Of a DNA stretch of 64,000 nucleotides, positions 1-13,320 are shown one piece after another. Made by a program: the position numbers and the translations under genes. Within the stretch, counting starts at the first letter, position 1. Each line of letters begins with the position of its first letter. Source of the stretch: Malacoraja senta (Eukaryota); the NCBI GenBank assembly GCA_038087875.1, contig CM075992.1, forward strand, positions 5,828,001 through 5,892,000, given 5' to 3'. A model generated the notes under the pieces. The model was not told the origin of the DNA and did no database searches. It saw only the letters and a program-made list of their open reading frames with translations.

Positions 1-2826
1 TTAATAAAACCAATTACAAGAAGGGCTTCGACCCGAAACGTCACCCATTCCTTCTCTCTAGAGATGTTGTCTGTCCCACTGAGTTACTCTAGCATTTTGT
101 GTCTCCCTTCGATTTAAACCGGCATATGCAGTTCATTCCTACACAAGTAAATTTTTCACTAGTTTGTAGCACAACTTTCATACAAATGCAAAGTCAGAAT
201 AAAAGTTAAATCAAGTTTTGATAAGTGGGCGAAAAGTTACTGTTGAAAGTCGTCAATGTGGACTTGAGGTTACAATTAAATCGATCATAATTAAATGGAA
301 GAGCAGGCTGAGGAATCTTTTCCTGTTCCTAATTTATATGTTGGACTGATTACACTGAAATTAGTTTCTACCATACAAAAGTGACTCAAACATTGTACAT
401 AATTTTCATAGAGGATTGAGCAAATGTTACAAAAAACACAGGAATAAGTAGCAACTTGATGGCAGTCGCTATTGAATGCCGTGCTGAGCCTACCATCTAA
501 TGATTTAGATGAAGGGTGGAATTTTAACAATGTTACAAAAGAGATGATAATTAAGTGGATGGTTCAAATTGTTTGCAATTGGAAAAACATTTGTTTCTCA
601 GCTTAGAAAGACGATGTACAAGTATTGATGAAGATCATTTAACGTCTTATTTTTTTTTAAGGAAGGGATATCATCATATTGGGGTAAATAGAGAAAAGGT
701 TGACTGGGTAGATTCCTGGATGAAGAGGTTCCGTCCGCAAACCTAGTTTGCTAGCACTGTGTGGTAGCAGCACCATCTGCCACGACATTGTGCCATTCCT
801 TGTATTTGTCAAATGTAATTTATCACTTTAACTTCACACTTTTGAACTACTATAAAACGCACAGCATAGCTTTGGCTGTAATTTCAAATACTCTGTCCCA
901 ATTGTTACTCAATGATGCATAAAATCTAAAGGAACGTGGGCAGGTGGGACTAGTGTAGCTGGGACATGTTGGCCGGTATGGGCAGGTTGGGCCAAATGGC
1001 CTGTTTCCACACTGTATCACTCTATGACTGAGATGCTTTCAAGAACTCGAAAGGAACGCCAACATTTGGAGACAACAATTTCACTATATACATTTGTATG
1101 ATAACTGATGAAAATAAATGTTTTTCATCAGATACCAGGTTCAACAGCTATGAGTTGTAAGATTAAGCAGCTTATAACAAATTACTAGGCAGAGATCCAG
1201 TTTAAACTCAAGTTTAAATCTGGGGAAAGTAAATGTAAAATCGGAGGTGTAATTTCATTGACCAGATTGCAAAAATAATCTTTCATACTTCAATTCTGAA
1301 ACAGCGTAGGCACAATAGTACATCAAAAAGGCATAGATTTTAACAATGGGCTATAAAATGTTTAAAAATATAAGAACCCAAGAAAAAACACAGATTGCAG
1401 CAGGCCACATTTATTGTTTCCTTATTTAAAATATGTATTTGCCAGAGAGAAAGTTTAATGAAGATTTACTGGAGTGGATGAATGGGCGGCATATGAGGAT
1501 ACATTGGATAGTTTTGAGTTTACGAGTTTAGAAAAATGAAAGAAGTTCAAAATCACACAAAATTCCTGTTGGGTTTGACAAGCCAGATGCACGGAGAATG
1601 TTTCCCTGGATGGAGGGCATCTGTTGCACGACTCTGCTGCACCCATTTTAATCAAATCAAATTTATACATTCCTGCAGATTATTGAATCAAGGATTACAC
1701 GGATGGTGTTAAAAATGGTGACGAGGTAAATAACAGCCATAATCTTGATGAATAGCGGGGCAAAAGGACATGTGGCCTAATCCTGCTCCCATTTTTATAT
1801 TAAGCTCTTTTAAAGACGAACAAAAAATAATTAAAATACATTGGTACTCCACAGGACTCCCTTGGTCTTGAAGTTCAAGAGTTTATGAACACATACTCTT
1901 CTGAAGATGTCCCTTCATGTTGCACCAGTAACCCGGCACTCCCTGTTTTATTGTGCACTGTCAGTAATCACTGGCAGTTAAGCTTTCTAGCATAGAAATC
2001 TCCATGCTGAGAAAGCTATGCAGCCAAACAGAGGGGGGGGGGGGGGGGGGGGGAAGACAGCATTTTCCGTCATATCCGGCATTCAAAGGGTCATCGAGGT
2101 GAACTAACTCTCAAATTTCAGCATTAGGCAGCTGTAGTGCTCGCTCCAGCCCACCCAACACACGCCTCACAAGCAGATTTTCATGACATACCTATAACCC
2201 ATATTACATATTTTAGTGTGCAAAAGAACTGCAGATGCTGGTTTAAATCAAAGGTAGATACAAAATGCTGGAGTAACTCAGCGGGACAAGCAGCATCTCT
2301 GGAGTTTTTAAGTGCTGATTCTATGAGCATTCTGACGCATCCTGCACATCAAGGCCCAGTGTATACAATGCTCAAACATTAAAACATCATAGTCAGAAAA
2401 GGATTAAAACAGCCATCACAACAGAATATATAATGTGCCTTGCGTTATCAGGTTACAAGGGTGGCTAATGAGATTTGTAACAATTCAACCACAGGAATGA
2501 ATCGAGTATTGAGTGATCACAGGATTACGTATCAGATTTCGAAAAAAACAGTAGTCAAACTGTCCGGAAAAATTACAGACCCGGAACCAGTCCACCATGG
2601 GATATGGAATAAACCCTTTTTCAGAAGAACTTGTTTTATTGAAACCCAGGGTTTCAATAGTCTAATAAATTGTAAGCAAGAGGAAAGTGGCCATTTGGTT
2701 AGAGTGAGGGGAGAAGTAATGGGTCCACTTTAAGACATCCCCATTTGCATCTAGAACCTCTACAGCAGAAATAGCAAGGCATCCAAGTCAAAGATCTAAG
2801 GCAGAGAAATACATGTGATAAATTTG

Positions 2827-2990
2827 TAGGAACTACAGATGCTGGTATAAACCGAAGAGAGACACAAAAAGCTGGAGTAACTCAGCGGGGACAGGCAGCA
2901 TCTCTGGAGAGAAGGAATGGGTGACGTTTCGGGTCAAGTCCCATTCATTCTCTCCAGAGATGCTGCCTGTCCTGCTTTTTTGTGTCTATC
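2827..2990. mobile_element. Palindromic Penelope-derived unit with target-site duplication
   Basis: gtgataaatttg at 2815-2826 and 2994-3005 flanks the inverted arms. Confidence 0.8.
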
Positions 2991-5900
2991 CAAGTGATAA
3001 ATTTGGTCTATTTAGAAAATTAGGTCATTGTAACTTTAGAAACATTCAATATCAGGCTCCTCTGCAAACAACTAGCTTAGTACTAATAACTAGGATGCCA
3101 AACAATTAAAGTGGAAAACAAAACTGATACTGCAGCTACCAATAGCCCAGGTGCAGAGGACAAGGATAGATGAAGTGGGTCAGACCTAGACTATTGATAT
3201 GGCACCATCTCATTGGATAAGCACAGAAGGAAAATTGGATCTGGTGAACAGGATTTAACTACCAAATCCTGAACACAATGAGAACCGAGCTACAACACTC
3301 AAAGGATCCCGAGCTTGAAACTCAGAAAAGGCTGGGTTTCACAGATCCAAGGCCAATCACCTTATGTCTTGATGGGAGCATACAATGCAAGCTGAGAGAA
3401 ATTATATGTTTGCAATTAAGAGTTTGAATAAAGTTGTCAGTGGCATTTCTAATATGTGCAAATTCAGCACAACACTATAAATCGTTAATACCAGAAGCAG
3501 AAATAAATATTGTTTAAGTTATCAATCCAACATGGGAGAGTAAGTATAGCATCCCTAATCTCAACCATATGACAGCCAAGGGCTAAACAAGGTCAGCTTA
3601 TGCATCAAGCATCATTCAATCCAAATAAAAAACAAGGGCCACAAGATTCCTCTAGCGCCTTCAGGTTCTGAAGGATCCAGTACCGAAAAGAATAAAATTT
3701 ATCTTTCAACAAATGCTGCCTGATCAGCTGAGTATTTCTAGTTTTGTTTTAATTTCAAATTTCCAGGATCTGCAATTTTTGATTTTCATTTCTTACACTT
3801 TCTCATTGTTGGTACAGAACCACTCCAACTAATGACATAGCTACTGTACGTGCTTCCTTTTTCTTTAATGATGACACAAGAGACCATTCCAACCCATGCA
3901 GGGTACGCCGCAGAGTAATTCCTTCCCCTTCTTGACTGCAACCCTTCAACATAAGAAGGGTCTCGACCCGAAACGTCATCTATTCCTTCTCTCCAGATAT
4001 GCTGCTTGTCCCGCTGAGTTACTCCAGCATTTTGTGTCTACCTTCAACATATCCTCTACATAGTGCCCATCATTTCCCTTTGAGCGAGTCTCTTGGCATT
4101 TAATTGAAAAATAGAATGACTTACCGTGGCCAATTAATCTACCAGCATAGTTTTTGGACGTCAGAAGTGAGCGCTAATGTGGAAACTCACTTGCTCATAG
4201 GGAGAACATGGCAATTCCACATCAATAGCACTCAAGGTTAGGATCAAACGCAAGTTCTGTACCTGTGAGGCAACAGTCCTAACTGTTGCATCACTGTGCC
4301 ATCCTCAAGGAAACCTGGAAGGGCAGTTGCTATCGGAATTATGTAAAAGTATATTTTAGAAACATGCAATTTGTTGATTTACTTTACAATGCAAAATGCA
4401 GTTTTTGAAAAAAATGAATTAAATGTCTATTGGAATATTATTAAAAGTAACATCAGATATCCCAGAAAATCTGGCAGCCTGGCACAAAGTCTAACATGCG
4501 CCAGTTTGACTGTAGTTTCTCTTCCAAGACAAAATAATGTTATCGCATATTTTCTTATCATCTACTACAACAAAATACTTAATTTTGCACCATTGCACTA
4601 ACAAGTCTGAGCAAGGAAACTACTGTATACTTTGAATCTTTCTTTCCAATTTAAAGCAGAAAACAAATTAAAGCAAATTAAAATTGCCTTTCATTGATAT
4701 TCGAAGAGAAATCCTAGCAAGAACACATCATTGTCCTTTTAAATGAGCAATAGGTGAACAAACTTTAGCCAGAGCCAAGAAATAGAGTAATTGCGCATGT
4801 AGAAATTCTCAAATCTGTTTATATTTGGCATAATTCTAGCAGATGGCTTAAACATACCCACAATATCTCAGGAGTGAACCAAAGTCAAAAAAGGTTCCAA
4901 TGACTAACTTTGCAAAACAGAAAAAAAAAATCAGCTCAAAATAACGTTGCCAGTATTCTCACTACACTCAAATGGTGCCACCATGTATCACTTCTCTCAT
5001 CAACATACACTGCTTTTCTGTTTCATGTTCCATGCTTAACTACTCAATGCAATAAAAACATTCAAATTCTTGCCACACTATCTACAGCAACAACCAGAAC
5101 ATGTACTAAATGTTAGGATTCTTATGACAGAGGAGAAAGGAGCACCATTGATGGGCCATAGTAATATTAGAGCATTGGAATCTGAGTGTAAGAGTACTTG
5201 AAGAGCAAGAGGATTGGCTCAATCTGTCAAACTGGAAAGGTTACAAAGCCTATAATGGGGGAGACATGGATATATAGAAATGAATAGTGCCAAAGCAGAG
5301 GTTGCATGGAAACAACTGTAACCAGTGTGGCTGTATTAGTTTTTTTTCTTCAGGTGTAGAAAGTGGAGTATGGTTAGGTTTCTCTCATTTCTGCAGAAAG
5401 TAAATAATTGAGCCTTATTATTAGGTTCTTGGGGATAGAGAACAGATGAAACAAGTCCAGATGTTGAAAGGAGACTCTAAATGTCAAAGCAAAGCAGTGT
5501 TCGCTGGTCCTCAGGGAATTCAAAGAGGTGAATTTCAAGTCAATTCATAAAGACCTGACATGAGGTCCAAGACTATCATTCCAAAAATATCCATCCTAAT
5601 AAGGAGCATCCACGACAATTATTCATGATATAGAACCTACAGTATGTTCAAATGGTAGAACAATCACTTCAATGCTGTAACGGAGATCCTAAACTGCAAG
5701 TTAGAATCCTCTGGCATGTACTGGTTTAGATGGAAAGGTGACCAACAGAAGATGAAAGCATAACGTCAGACTCAAACTTTGGAGGAAAAAAAGTTTCTAA
5801 CAGTGATGAATGACCTTACATTCATTGATCATTTGTTATTTTATCTTTAGAAAATTTTGTGACAGCTTTGGTATTTCTAGTTCTGAAGCATCAAAGAAAA

Positions 5901-6019
5901 GCACAAAACCCAACAGCTTAAATGGGACAGATTTGCTAATCAATGAGCCTGTCGCAAAAATTATCACTTCATCTACAAATTCCAATAAACAAACTCCAAG
6001 TGGACACTTTCCCACTTAC

Positions 6020-6103
6020 CTGGCAGCAGCCATTAACTGGTTTGGAGAGATCGTTAGTTGACTTTTGATCACCAGATGACATCACGATGCTTTCTATTGC
6101 TGG
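6020..6103 (-). other. Candidate 84-nt internal exon of the minus-strand gene
   Basis: ccctcctgtatttcag acceptor and CAG|gtaagt consensus donor; unique non-repeat sequence; one open frame, PAIESIVMSSGDQKSTNDLSKPVNGCCQ. Confidence 0.4.
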
Positions 6104-8372
6104 CTGAAATACAGGAGGGCCTTTTTTTAAAAATTAAGTTTCATAAGAGTACAATATTAGTGATTAATTCATCCATTCACGGAACACAAGAGCAAGAGCA
6201 GACCTTTTGCCGCTCGAGCCTGAAGTCTTCTTAAAAAGGGACATGGCAAATTTTTAGGTCTTCATTCAAGTAAGAATGTCATCTTGTGACAAAATGCTAA
6301 TCTCTCTAAAGCAAAGAATGCCTAACAAATTGACTATCCAACCACAAAATTCTGAAAATTAAACATGGGGAATATTTTATGGGTATATAACTGAATTTTA
6401 AAAACACGCAATTGTTTATAAAGCTAAACAAGAGGGCAGTGACAAGATTTTGACACTACCTGCTCAATTTAGTGAGATATCCTTGGTTTGTCTAAATTAA
6501 ATTATCTGGCTAAATCACATGCAAATATATTGCTGCACATTACCAGACAGTACAAGACAACAATAAATATGAAACTAACAATGAGCTCCAATAAATACAT
6601 TTAAGACCATTTCACTTCATTCACACACAAGGGAAATAATATTTATCTCTGGTTGAGTTACCCAGCGTTTCCTGTTTTTATTTCATTGCTATCATTCCAC
6701 TATGTTACTATGATACAATTCCCACAACAATGACAGACATAAAAAGACAGTGAATAAACTAATATTGAATTGAAGGAGGGAATATTAGAAAAAGACAAAG
6801 AAGTCTAGTCAAATAGATGGTATTAAAGGGTTGCCCAGAGAGAGGGAGAACTCCAGGACTTAGCGCTCAAGCAAATGACAGATGGGACTGAAGGAGTCCA
6901 AACTCAAGAATTTTAAAATTAGAGGTTGGAGTTGATTGGAAGGCAACATAGGCCATCGGTTTCTCAGGAATAAGGATGATACTTATGTCTAGTTTAAGAA
7001 AGGAGATCAGACTGAATACTGGAATCGTCAAATTGGAGGACCAAAGCAGAATGAGAAGGAAGTGGCAGAAACAGGCAAGTAAGATAGCGTTTAGAAGCTC
7101 ACCTCAGTGTTAACCAGAATACTAAAATAGCAAATAGACCAAATTAAGTGGCTACAACATGGTTGTAACTTGCAGCTCAACTGAAATCAGTGTTCTACCC
7201 CAATTTTAACTGGAAAGGTTTCTGCATTCCTAATGGCAAAATGTCCCCGAAACATAGTGGTAGTGCCAAGTCAAAAGTAGTGGTGATTCGGAGCGCTTGC
7301 CATTCTCAGCACACAAATAATTTTTTGCACTGTATTTTCAGGTGTCATTATGGAGACTGATGTGCAAGTATCTCAATTATTCGTTACATTACCAAGATTT
7401 TAATCATTTTCTATTATAACCCTGCTTTCCATATTACACTCCAACTGATCGCCAAAACTTCACGAGAAATGGAACTAAAATTGACCTGTCAGGAAAACCA
7501 TTCAGATCTAACGTGGAAATATTCATCCACAATCATTTTCTGCTTTCTATAACTTGATTACTTCCATATTCACTGTCCCTTTTTTTTTGCATTGACTTTC
7601 AATAATATCCCAATCCAATAATAATATTTGATAAGTGATCACTGTCTTGACAATTTGAAACATTGTATTACTTTACATACATACATTTACTGTACCGTCT
7701 TAATGAAAAATCTCCAGCTCAAAAAAATTAAATCGATGTTTCAAAATGATTTGTCCTTAAATTAACGCCAATTCTAGATTAAAACACCTTACGAACTAAA
7801 TGTAACTTTATACTTAAATTATTTCAAAGATTGACCGAATTGCAGATGTTTGCCTTTTCTCACTTCTCCCAAATAAAATCATGGAGCAATACAGTCCTTC
7901 AATTCTTTGTTTTTAAATGAAAAAAATGTTCAGAGCCGGGAGGGGGGTGGGGGGGGGGAAAGAGCGCACCTACAGGAAAATAACAAGAATAACACTGTGC
8001 CTTAGAAGTGGAAATTGGGATCTCAATGATGGGAAATAGCAGAGATTGCAAATGCTTATTTTGGATGGGTTAGAACACCTGAAAATCATCCCAATCACAT
8101 TATTGAAGATCTATAAGGAAGGAGGAACTTACACTGGAAAAAACTCGTCAAACTAACGTTGTTAAAAACTGGAAAGTCCCTTGGTAACTCCTAGTCGAAA
8201 ACTTGAGGAAGTGCCTGCAGAGATAATGGATGTGTTCCTTGTTCTCTACTAAAATTCCCTAGATTCCACAGGTCCCAGAGGACTGAAAAACCACAACTGT
8301 AACACTGCTAATCAACAAAGCAGGGGAACAGAAAGCAGTAAATTATAGGCCACTTAACATAACATTTGACAT

Positions 8373-8566
8373 GTGTAGGAAAGAACTGCAGATGCTGGTT
8401 TAAATCGAAGGTGGACACAAAATGTTGGAGCAACAGGCAGCATCTCTGGAGAGAAGGAATGGGTGACGTTTCGGGTTGAATAAAGACGGGGCCTCTACCC
8501 GAAACGTCACCCATTCCTTCTCTCTAGAGATGCTGTCTGAGTTACTCCAGCATTTTGTGTCTACCT
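8373..8566. mobile_element. Palindromic Penelope-derived unit with 14-bp target-site duplication, inserted in an old CR1 remnant
   Basis: Inverted arms; flanks ataacattt(g/a)acat at 8359-8372 and 8567-8580. Confidence 0.8.
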
Positions 8567-10127
8567 ATAACATTTAACATTGGGGAAATGCTGGAATTCA
8601 ATTGATGAAGCAAGAGCAGAACATTTGGAAAATTATAACTTAATATGGCTTTCCAAAACTAATTTTAACTAATTCACTAATGGAAGATATAACCAAAAGG
8701 ATGGATGAAGGGGAAGTAGTAAATATAGGGTATTTGAATTTCTGAAAGGGAGTGGGAAGGTGCGACTAAATGTTACAGCACTAAAATGAAGGTAACTGAT
8801 GGATTTAATATATTGACGTGGATAGGGAAGATACTAGATAGAAACAGAATAAAAATAAATGGGTTACTTTTAGATTCGCAAATAATAACTCGTGAGGTGT
8901 ATTGATCAATGCTGCAACAAGATGTAGACTTTATTAACTACTTTTGTATCCATCAGTCTGGTCAAAAACAACATCAGCAATAAATATTCCATTCAAAATT
9001 GTCAGAGTAATGGTTAACCTTATATATACAGGAAAAGTAACAAACTATACTATGTAGAGTTGAGACAGTTTGTGGCCCACGTGTCCAGAAATTGAACGAA
9101 CATTTAATATACAACATGCCATGAGAAAATATACAGCTCTCAGCTCCAAGAGGCTGTGAGAGATGCATTTGTTTAACCAGATATGATCTTCTCTGGCTAT
9201 TCAAAATTCAGTAATATTGATAATACTGCATTGCAGTTCATACTTAGTGAGCCATGGGAAATTCCGAATCCCAAGTTAAAAACCTACAGCTACCTAAACA
9301 AAAAACTCTTGTAAAGTTATTGTGTGTCAGGGACCATTTAGTATAAATGTTAGTATGAGGTTAACTAGTTTAAATAGAAGAAAGGTGAATGAGAAAGTTG
9401 TGAAATTTATGTTTATATTTTTTGCCCTTGAAATGTAACCTCAAATCAAATTCCATTGGAACTGCCTTCCACCTGAAATCTAATTTTAAGTCTAACCGAA
9501 TTGAAACAATGTGCTTGACCACTCGGAATGCAATCAAAATTGAGACCTTGAATATTTTCACAAGCAGTCAAGGGGGGAGGACTGAAAACTTATCAGGCCA
9601 GAATTTGTGACACCCAACCCTGGGTTCTCAAGACATCTGCAACATTCTTTCTGTACATAGTCTATCTGGTCCCGTTAGAATTTTATAGGTTTCCACAGAG
9701 CTCTCATTTGTCTGTGATTCATTTATTCAAGTAAAATTGAATTGGAGCGATTCAATTTAACTAAATTTAACTTACTGAATATACTGCTTTGTTAAAATGA
9801 GTCAGATATGGTGACTCATTCAATGAGAAGTACTTGAGATATTTCCTATCTGGTGGCCAGGTTGGTGATCACAGCTGGTCTGTGGGTGGCTACTATATGT
9901 GACCTACATTATGATGGCACCGTGTAAATTAAATCTATCAGGGTGCACTAATGATTCAGAAAAATGGGTCAATTCATTTTTACAGATTTTTCATCAACAT
10001 TGCAATTTTCTGCTTAGTTTAGAAACACAGCGCAGACACAGGCCCTTCTCTACTTGGAATATTCTCTACAATAATGGCAGAAGTAGAATCAATTCAAATG
10101 AGAATTGGATTGATTAGGCTTACACCC

Positions 10128-10452
10128 CATGAATATTGACTTCTCCAACTTCAAGTAACCCTGGCTTTCCCTCTCTCTCCACCCCTTCCTCCTTCCCAGT
10201 TCTCTGACCAGTCTGACTGTCCCTGATTACATTTTATCTGTTTGCTTTGTTGTTACCTTCTCCATTTATTCTACATTTTCCTTGATCTCCACCCCCTTTG
10301 ATGTCTCGTTCTCACACCTTACACTTTCCTATCTCTGTATCTCCCCGACTCAGTCTGAAGAAGGGTCTCCACCCAAAAACGTCACCCATTCCTTCTCTTC
10401 AGAGATGCTGCCTGTCCCGCTGAGTTACTCCAGCATTTTGTGTATATCTTCA
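10128..10452 (+). mobile_element. Penelope-like 3' end/terminal repeat
   Basis: atgaatattgacttctccaacttcaagtaa (MNIDFSNFK*), then a pyrimidine tract and ctgaagaagggtctcc.ccc..aaacgtc. Confidence 0.75.
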
Positions 10453-11373
10453 GCAAAATCTAACTCTGATAAATTACTGATTTAAGCTGACAGTGTGGCA
10501 TGGTCCAAATACCGTATCAAAATACACATGCCCAAAAAAAACAATATCTATTGTCAGGCCCTATCAAGCTTGGCGTGAGTAACTAGCCTCTGATTCACAG
10601 CGATTAGTGAGGTGGACGCAGATATGTGATTATCTCTACACAAAAAAAGAATTACGCACTCATGGAATGATACTGAGATGAAAATTGCTAATTTGGTTTT
10701 AACACAACCCCCAGTGCAGGAAGGAAGAGTATTGTAGTGTTAATTACACTTGCAATCTGTGGATAAATGATGTAATCCCAATCACTACAAGGGCAGCTGG
10801 CTGGTATACAATTTGCTTGGCTCGAGAAAGTGGCTGTGTACTACTAATTATGCAGTATGATCTGTAGAAGAGGACACTGTAGCCCAATAGTCAACTTATT
10901 TGTCTAAATTATCAAACCAATGTCACTCTGGCAGATGAGATATTAAATAAATCTAGATTAAAAGTAGATGACTGTAATGACAATTTAATGGATGGTCAGA
11001 GAATTCTATCTGACATGTTTATCTGGCCTACATGCACCCCAAAAATCACAAAAACAGTTGATTCTTAACTACATTCTCAGTTTAGGAGATATCAAAAATG
11101 TCTAAAAAATACTGACTGCTATTCAGTGCCACCAGTGTTCAATAAACTGTAACTGTCAATAGTTACCCACATAAACAATACCCATTCATACCTTAGAATA
11201 CATTGTTGGAGGGGATCCAGGGAAATGCCATGAAAATATATTGTTATAGTGCTTCACTTTCAGATGAAAGGTGGATAAAAATACACAACTGAAAGTGCTC
11301 ATGAATTCAACCACATATCAAGTACATTATTCACAAATTACATACTCTTAAACAGGGAATGAAATAAATACAC

Positions 11374-13320
11374 ACTAATTATCTTGTAATATCTGAGATA
11401 GATAAAAGAATAATGAAAGAGTATTAGTCTAAACTAAACATTTGAAAGTTATCCAGTGTGTTCCAGATATAAATCATTAAAGCAATCTGATAATGCTATT
11501 GTTTAATGATCCCCTTCCTTTCTGGGATCTATTCAATCAAATACAAACTTTTAATTGCATCACATTCGCCTTTGAAATAATTTCAAGACAACATTCATTC
11601 TGTAACTGTGACAATGCACAAATAACATTCAAATAATTCAAATTATGTGAATACCAATCAACTCTTTCAGTGCAACCACTAGCACACACTTCATTTACAC
11701 TCTTGGGACTAGCAACTTGATTGAAAACAGCATTTTCTACTATGTGCAGGTTTGTAAATAAACCTGGTTTGCACTACCTTATTGACCATTGGTGCTTCTT
11801 TCACCAGCACTCCCAATGTTAAAACTTAGGTAAACTCGTAACATCTACTATCCGTAGATTAGGTTATTCCCCACCCCCAAAACTACACAGCAATTCTTGA
11901 TAGAAAGCAGATGTCTGTAGGCGCCAGTTCAGGAACTGTCTGCCAACAATCACTACCCAAGTGCACTCAAAGAATTGAATCATGGATAAAATACTGGGCA
12001 GTGGCTGACATCTGTGAAAACATACCTCAGTTTCAGTCAGGAGAGTCACTTCAATATTTCTAATTACATACACAAGCCCATTTATGAAATACACAAAGTC
12101 AGTTCCCTGAATAATATTATGGAGTACTTGGTACAGCATCGTACCACAAATATCTTCAGGATTGAATTTGATTCTAAGCAGAAATGTAAAAATAATGAAA
12201 TTGAGGATACAAGATGAGATGCAGAATGAGAAAGATCACACTCAAGCACTGGTATGTCATACAGAAGTGACTAGCATATAGTTGTTCACATCCCAGAATT
12301 TCTTATAAATGCCAAGTCTCGAGATTTACAAGTTCTATTTCAATAAAAGAGTAAGCAAATGATTTCCATAGGTATACACACTGAAAAGCGCAAAGCAAGC
12401 TTTTTTTTTTTTTTTTAATTGAAAATCTACAACAAAAATAAACACAACTGGACAGACCATATTTCACTATTACTGGTAAACACTATGAAGACATTCATTC
12501 ATGTGTGCAGTTTGCAAAAGATTTCTCATCTTTTGCCAACCTTCCTAATCACAAGACATGTTCAGTTTCCATTTTTAAAAACTATATATCCATTTTAAGA
12601 ACTTGTCACGTAGATCAAATTTCACATTCTACATACCACAAACCCCAGAATGCCAACATATCATTGCACTAACAGAAATAAGACAAGCTAAATATCTCAA
12701 TTGATGCTCTGGAGTAATCCAATCTCCATGTTTTTACAATTGCGTTTTAGTCACTGAAAAAAAATCTCAGTCTGAACAGTGACAGCGAATGTTCTGGTCA
12801 ACGCAATTCAGGTTTCACCTTTTCTAGGTGGGGAAATCTAAATATATTAAAAGTAATTAGCAATATACTAAACCAGTTCAATAATACAGGGAGATATTTC
12901 ATTTTTGCTAAGCATAACATAATGCCAGAGATACACTGTGAGCAACTAACAAAAGAAGAAACCCAACAATAAATTTAAATAGATCTTAGTAGCTGATTGG
13001 TAACAGCAATGCATGATGCAATAAATGCTGATACATAGAAAAGTAAACAGTCATGTAAATATATGGACCAGTTTAGCTCCAATGGCAAATCCACATGGCA
13101 AAACTCCTTACATCAAACAATTCCATCAGGGATGGAAGAAATGCAAAATTTATCATTCCACTGAAACAAAATTAATTCATACTACTAATTATCTTGTAAT
13201 ATCTGAGATAGATAAAAGAATAATGAAAAAGAATATGTCAAAACTATAAATTTGAAAGTTATCCAGTGGGTTCCAGATATAAATCATTAAAGCAATCTGA
13301 TAATGTTATTGTTTAATGAT
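11374..13320 (+). repeat. Pair of 137-bp near-identical direct repeats (11374-11510 and 13184-13320)
   Basis: actaattatcttgtaatatctgagatagataaaagaataatg...gtttaatgat occurs twice, 1810 bp apart. Confidence 0.92.

Noticed and set aside
2033-2053. Poly-G run as a functional G-quadruplex (also 7941-7958)
   Set aside because: A simple homopolymer with unreliable length and no supporting context.
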